This document shows, piece after piece, positions 60,525-64,000 of a stretch of 64,000 bases of DNA. The stretch is from positions 1 through 64,000 of IMG/VR virus record IMGVR_UViG_3300029288_007054; one strand, 5' to 3'. The translations under genes and the position numbers were made by a program. The notes under the pieces are model-generated. The model was not told the DNA's origin, ran no database searches, and saw nothing but the letters and a program-made list of their open reading frames with translations. Positions within the stretch are counted from its first letter, which is position 1, and each line of letters opens with the position of its first letter. The stretch comes from a virus (lineage: Duplodnaviria; Caudoviricetes).

Positions 60525-60963
60525 AAGTCTTTTCATTCCCATGTAGATAGATAAGGTTAAGCTCTTCGCTATATTTCCTACTTTTTTGAAGCGCATCATA
60601 TAGCAATTTCCTATGACAATGGGCTCCTTCGGCAGTGTTTTCCCAACAGCATAGATAATAGTCATGTGATAAAGCTAAATTTTCTAACCATCCGGTAACT
60701 GCTGGTTTTCTAGTTCTCATAAGAGACATAAACGCATCAGTATAACTTTGCCAATCGTTATCTTGTTTATACTTTTGCAATATTTCCCATGTGGGGCAAA
60801 AGAAATCTAAACGTGGAATATTTTCATCGACATAAGGAAGTTTGTCTCCAGAAGGTTTTTTTAAAGCGATAGAATAAACCGTAAAAGGAATAGTTATTAC
60901 TTCCTTCTGCAAAAAATAATTAACTTGCCAAAAATTCGTAAACACCAATGTCGGTTTGCTCAA
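60508..60963 (-). CDS. DUF488-like protein
   Basis: FCPTWEIL, WQSY...F, YLCCWE...HCHRKLL. Confidence 0.7.
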   Translation of the reverse strand: MSKPTLVFTNFWQVNYFLQKEVITIPFTVYSIALKKPSGDKLPYVDENIPRLDFFCPTWEILQKYKQDNDWQSYTDAFMSLMRTRKPAVTGWLENLALSHDYYLCCWENTAEGAHCHRKLLYDALQKSRKYSEELNLIYLHGNEKTYEKVT

Positions 60964-61223
60964 TTTTTTGCTGCCTTTTTAATTGCTTCGTTTAATTCTT
61001 TTTCAGAACAACTTTTAACAAATACGCTATTCCCTATTACAACTCCGGGCAGATCGTTTATTCCCCGATTAATAGCTAGGGTTATAGCCTCTTTAGTATC
61101 ATAGTGCATTTTGTGCAGTTTGCAATCTATTTTTTTACAATTAGAGATGGCATTTTCGAGGTTGTTTAATACTTCTTTACAATGAGTACAGTCAGCAGCA
61201 TAAATAAAGAATATATGGACCAT
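60960..61223 (-). CDS. thioredoxin/glutaredoxin-like protein
   Basis: ADCTHC (CxxC), INDLPGVVI. Confidence 0.75.
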   Translation of the reverse strand: MVHIFFIYAADCTHCKEVLNNLENAISNCKKIDCKLHKMHYDTKEAITLAINRGINDLPGVVIGNSVFVKSCSEKELNEAIKKAAKN

Positions 61224-61230
61224 GTTAATC

Positions 61231-61990
61231 CTATAGTCTTTGGGCCGTAACGGGAAGACGTTTCATTATCCTCTTTAGACGACCATATGGCTTAACATCA
61301 AGTATTAAACACTTAGCAATATCTCTCTTATCTACCCAACCAACGTCAGAATTATTAACGTAACCAAGATATTCCTTATACTTGCCTAAATTCTTTAATG
61401 TAGGAACAAGCATCTTAACCATTTCCTTATAGTCATTGCGATGGTCCATCTTCTTAGCTATCAATCCATCTGAATCCTGCGTAGCCTCTATTACTCTCAT
61501 AAACAATAGCCATTCTGCCTTGGTCATTTTAGCTGTGTCTTTCTTGTATATCTTAGAATACTTTGAGAACGTTTTTTTATCAAGAATAGGTCTAAGGCTT
61601 TCTAGATCTTTTTTCGTCATTTGACAATATTTTAAGCCGTCTCTTGTTATTACTGTGCATTCTGGGACTTTCGTTTTTTTCTTCATTATCAACTCCTTAG
61701 TATTTTAGTTTTGCATGATCTTTAATTTTATTGTTCAAATCCGGGTCAAAAACAGCATAAATAAATTTATTCTCTTTTCCCAAGTATGTATATTTTAAAA
61801 TGTCAACGTATTTTTCCATTTCCCTTACTATGTCATCTTCTGTTCTGTTACCAAAAGATGCGATAGCGTTTCTATGAATTTGACTCCTAAACCTTCCTTG
61901 TTCGCATTCTAATAACAGCAGAACCGATTGCGCCTCTTTAATATATTCGGCGTCTATTAATCTGGCCTTAATTTTTTTTGTTTCTGACAT
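61231..61990 (-). other. two hypothetical ORFs (61231-61692, 61697-61990)
   Basis: ORF track. Confidence 0.65.
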
Positions 61991-62002
61991 GTTATTGCCC
62001 TA

Positions 62003-62827
62003 TCAATAATTTTCCAAATTAGGCATGTCTTTTGCGAATTTCTGTCTGATTACATCTTTTAAACAGGCTATTTGGGCTTCTATCGTTTGGAAGCTAGCTG
62101 CCATCATGAAATCCGTTAATTTCACCAACCAATCTTCACCGAAAATCTTAAGCAATAGCCAGTCATGAAAAGTTCTATAGTTTGCCTTTTGTCCTATCTG
62201 TGCTTCAGAAAAATTGCCGACCCTACTATCCAGCATATCTAGCTGTTTAAATAATTCTTCTATAACTTCCTTAGTAAGGGGTTTGCTTTCATCTTTCATT
62301 TTTACATAAGGGCATTGAGTATTCAGTGGAAGCTGCTCTCTTTTGAGCAAACCGTCATAAGCTTTTTCAAATTTATCTACCCTCTCTTTATACATCGTAC
62401 TAGGCCATAGACCATATAGTCTACAATTTAACGGTCTGAATTCATACCATTTACACCTATTCTTTTCTGACAAAAGCATGCAGGGTTTAATTAACGTTTT
62501 CATTCCAAATTTTTCAAACTGATTATAAAAGAAATATTCGACACTCTTACATATTATTTCTATCTTTTCAGATCTGTCCGTAGTCTTCCATATTTCGTTA
62601 ATAAGCTGAGAAAACTCACAATAATTCATACTTGGGCATGCAGTTTTACAGCATTCACAAGTTCCGTTACAAGTACTATCCAAATTAATAAACCCATAAT
62701 AAATATCATGAAGTACTTGTTTGAGCTCTATCTTTTTTGTCGGCTTCTTGCTATTATTAAGGAATCTTTTGATCCTGTATTTGTTGTTTTTAGTTCTGCT
62801 GCTATTCTTATTTTTGGACATTTCCAT
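62003..62827 (-). CDS. YkgJ/FliB-like Cys-cluster (Fe-S/Zn) protein
   Basis: CNGTCECC, PCMLL...RCKWYEFRPLNCRLYG. Confidence 0.8.
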   Translation of the reverse strand: MEMSKNKNSSRTKNNKYRIKRFLNNSKKPTKKIELKQVLHDIYYGFINLDSTCNGTCECCKTACPSMNYCEFSQLINEIWKTTDRSEKIEIICKSVEYFFYNQFEKFGMKTLIKPCMLLSEKNRCKWYEFRPLNCRLYGLWPSTMYKERVDKFEKAYDGLLKREQLPLNTQCPYVKMKDESKPLTKEVIEELFKQLDMLDSRVGNFSEAQIGQKANYRTFHDWLLLKIFGEDWLVKLTDFMMAASFQTIEAQIACLKDVIRQKFAKDMPNLENY

Positions 62828-62843
62828 TCTCCCAGCTGTATTT

Positions 62844-63077
62844 TTATAACTTCATTTCTATGTTTAATTTAAGTTCAAAATAATCATCTGTTTCTTTCCA
62901 GACTTTTTCTCTTGGAATATGCAATACGTCAAGCGTTATCTCAGCCCCTTCCTGTGTCATCCAAGGATCACCATCTGGATGTGGTTCAAATTTCATATAC
63001 TGAATTCCTTCGTCGTCTTCTATATATGCTTGAGGACTCCGCTTGTATAACCTGACTTTATATGGATAAACAATCAT
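62844..63077 (-). CDS. hypothetical protein
   Basis: ORF track. Confidence 0.6.
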   Translation of the reverse strand: MIVYPYKVRLYKRSPQAYIEDDEGIQYMKFEPHPDGDPWMTQEGAEITLDVLHIPREKVWKETDDYFELKLNIEMKL

Positions 63078-63718
63078 TTATCAACTTCGAGTTTAGCTAC
63101 TGCATAATCATTAATTATACAGATTCCAATCTCTTCCGTAACAGTCCATTTTTTACAAAATTCGTCAGCCATTTTATTTCGCCTCTTTGCTTCTTCTACT
63201 TTTTCTTCGTAAGTCATTTCTTTGGGTGGATCTAGATAATAATGGCCGTTCTCACTTTCAACACTAATGCCACAACTTTTACACTTAAAAACAATTTTAT
63301 AATGATTTTCCCATACCCCGTTTTTATCAGGGCCGCTACTAAGGCATTCTAATGGCTGATTTGTCACCTTATCTAATTCTTCTCTAATTACGTCACCGCC
63401 ACACTTGCTACATGTATAAATATAACCCTCAAAACATCCCGGTATTCCTTTTAAAATTTTACTGTCCTCAGAAACATACCATGCTATATATTTTTCCCTT
63501 TCGCCCATCTCTTTAACTTGCAAGGTAAAAGTTTTGTGACATTTTTCACATTCACATTGGGTCGTTAAATGATTATTGTACCCGCCCACTAAAGTTTCAA
63601 AGGTTCCGTTATTCTTAACTTTTTCAGAATTACAATAAGGGCAAATGAGCTTATCACGGTGGATTTTGGGATCATGCCGTTCTTTAACGATATCTAAAAA
63701 TGCGTTGTACTTTGCCAT
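63074..63718 (-). CDS. multi-Zn-ribbon hypothetical protein
   Basis: CPYC, CEKC, CSKC, CKSC pairs. Confidence 0.7.
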   Translation of the reverse strand: MAKYNAFLDIVKERHDPKIHRDKLICPYCNSEKVKNNGTFETLVGGYNNHLTTQCECEKCHKTFTLQVKEMGEREKYIAWYVSEDSKILKGIPGCFEGYIYTCSKCGGDVIREELDKVTNQPLECLSSGPDKNGVWENHYKIVFKCKSCGISVESENGHYYLDPPKEMTYEEKVEEAKRRNKMADEFCKKWTVTEEIGICIINDYAVAKLEVDK

Positions 63719-64000
63719 TGCGTCTCCTAGTATGTTTTCCAGTACATTCTAATATCATCATTATCAATATAATACTGTCGTCCAAGTGCCCTATATTCAT
63801 CTGTATCTTTCTTGCCCTCTTTTTCTAATTCATCCATCTTTTCTCTAATTTTCTGATCCTCTTCCAGTCTTGCATCAGTTACATTACTCATTTTATTCTC
63901 CTATTGAAAGGATTACATTTCCAATCTTGATACGACTTGTTAAGTACCCAATTCCTGTAGCACCACAGTTTCCATCCTTCTTTCATACCTTTTAGAAATT

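Noticed and set aside
1-64000. Stop-codon recoding (TAG/TGA) as in some huge phages
   Set aside because: Long genes are intact under code 11, and TAG/TGA serve as normal stops with coupled overlaps.
1-64000. tRNA/rRNA genes
   Set aside because: No T-loop (GTTCRA) cloverleaf or rRNA-like stretch was found in the short intergenic gaps by eye; tRNAscan-SE would confirm.

Overview
The window is an AT-rich, gene-dense segment of a very large (jumbo or huge) bacteriophage genome using standard genetic code 11, with nearly all genes on the minus strand. The phage call is an inference: bacterial-type enzymes are scattered among dozens of tiny orphan ORFs, alongside free-standing homing endonucleases, Lar-like proteins, an SleB-type hydrolase and a tail-tube-like gene, with no intact bacterial housekeeping operons. 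It encodes a bacterial-style replication/repair kit (DnaX, HolA, DnaN, LigA, RecJ, TopA, RuvB, 5'-3' exonuclease), three sigma-70-family factors and a peptide deformylase-SEC-C fusion. It also carries a deamidating NAD+ salvage trio (PncA, PncB, NadD), nucleotide-conflict enzymes (NADAR, HD hydrolase, nucleotidyltransferase, SLOG, DUF488) and two protease-containing surface/secreted cassettes. The most striking unexplained feature is a three-part cassette present twice, about 35 kb apart. Each copy has (1) a sigma-70 promoter, (2) a ~145-nt leader with conserved architecture but divergent sequence, offering mutually exclusive pairings (antiterminator/anti-anti-SD versus terminator and SD sequestration), and (3) a 53-54 aa RHH-like protein translationally coupled to a nuclease. 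The nuclease family differs between copies (GIY-YIG vs HNH). No tRNA, rRNA or CRISPR array was seen. All family assignments come from motif recognition by eye; no database searches were run.
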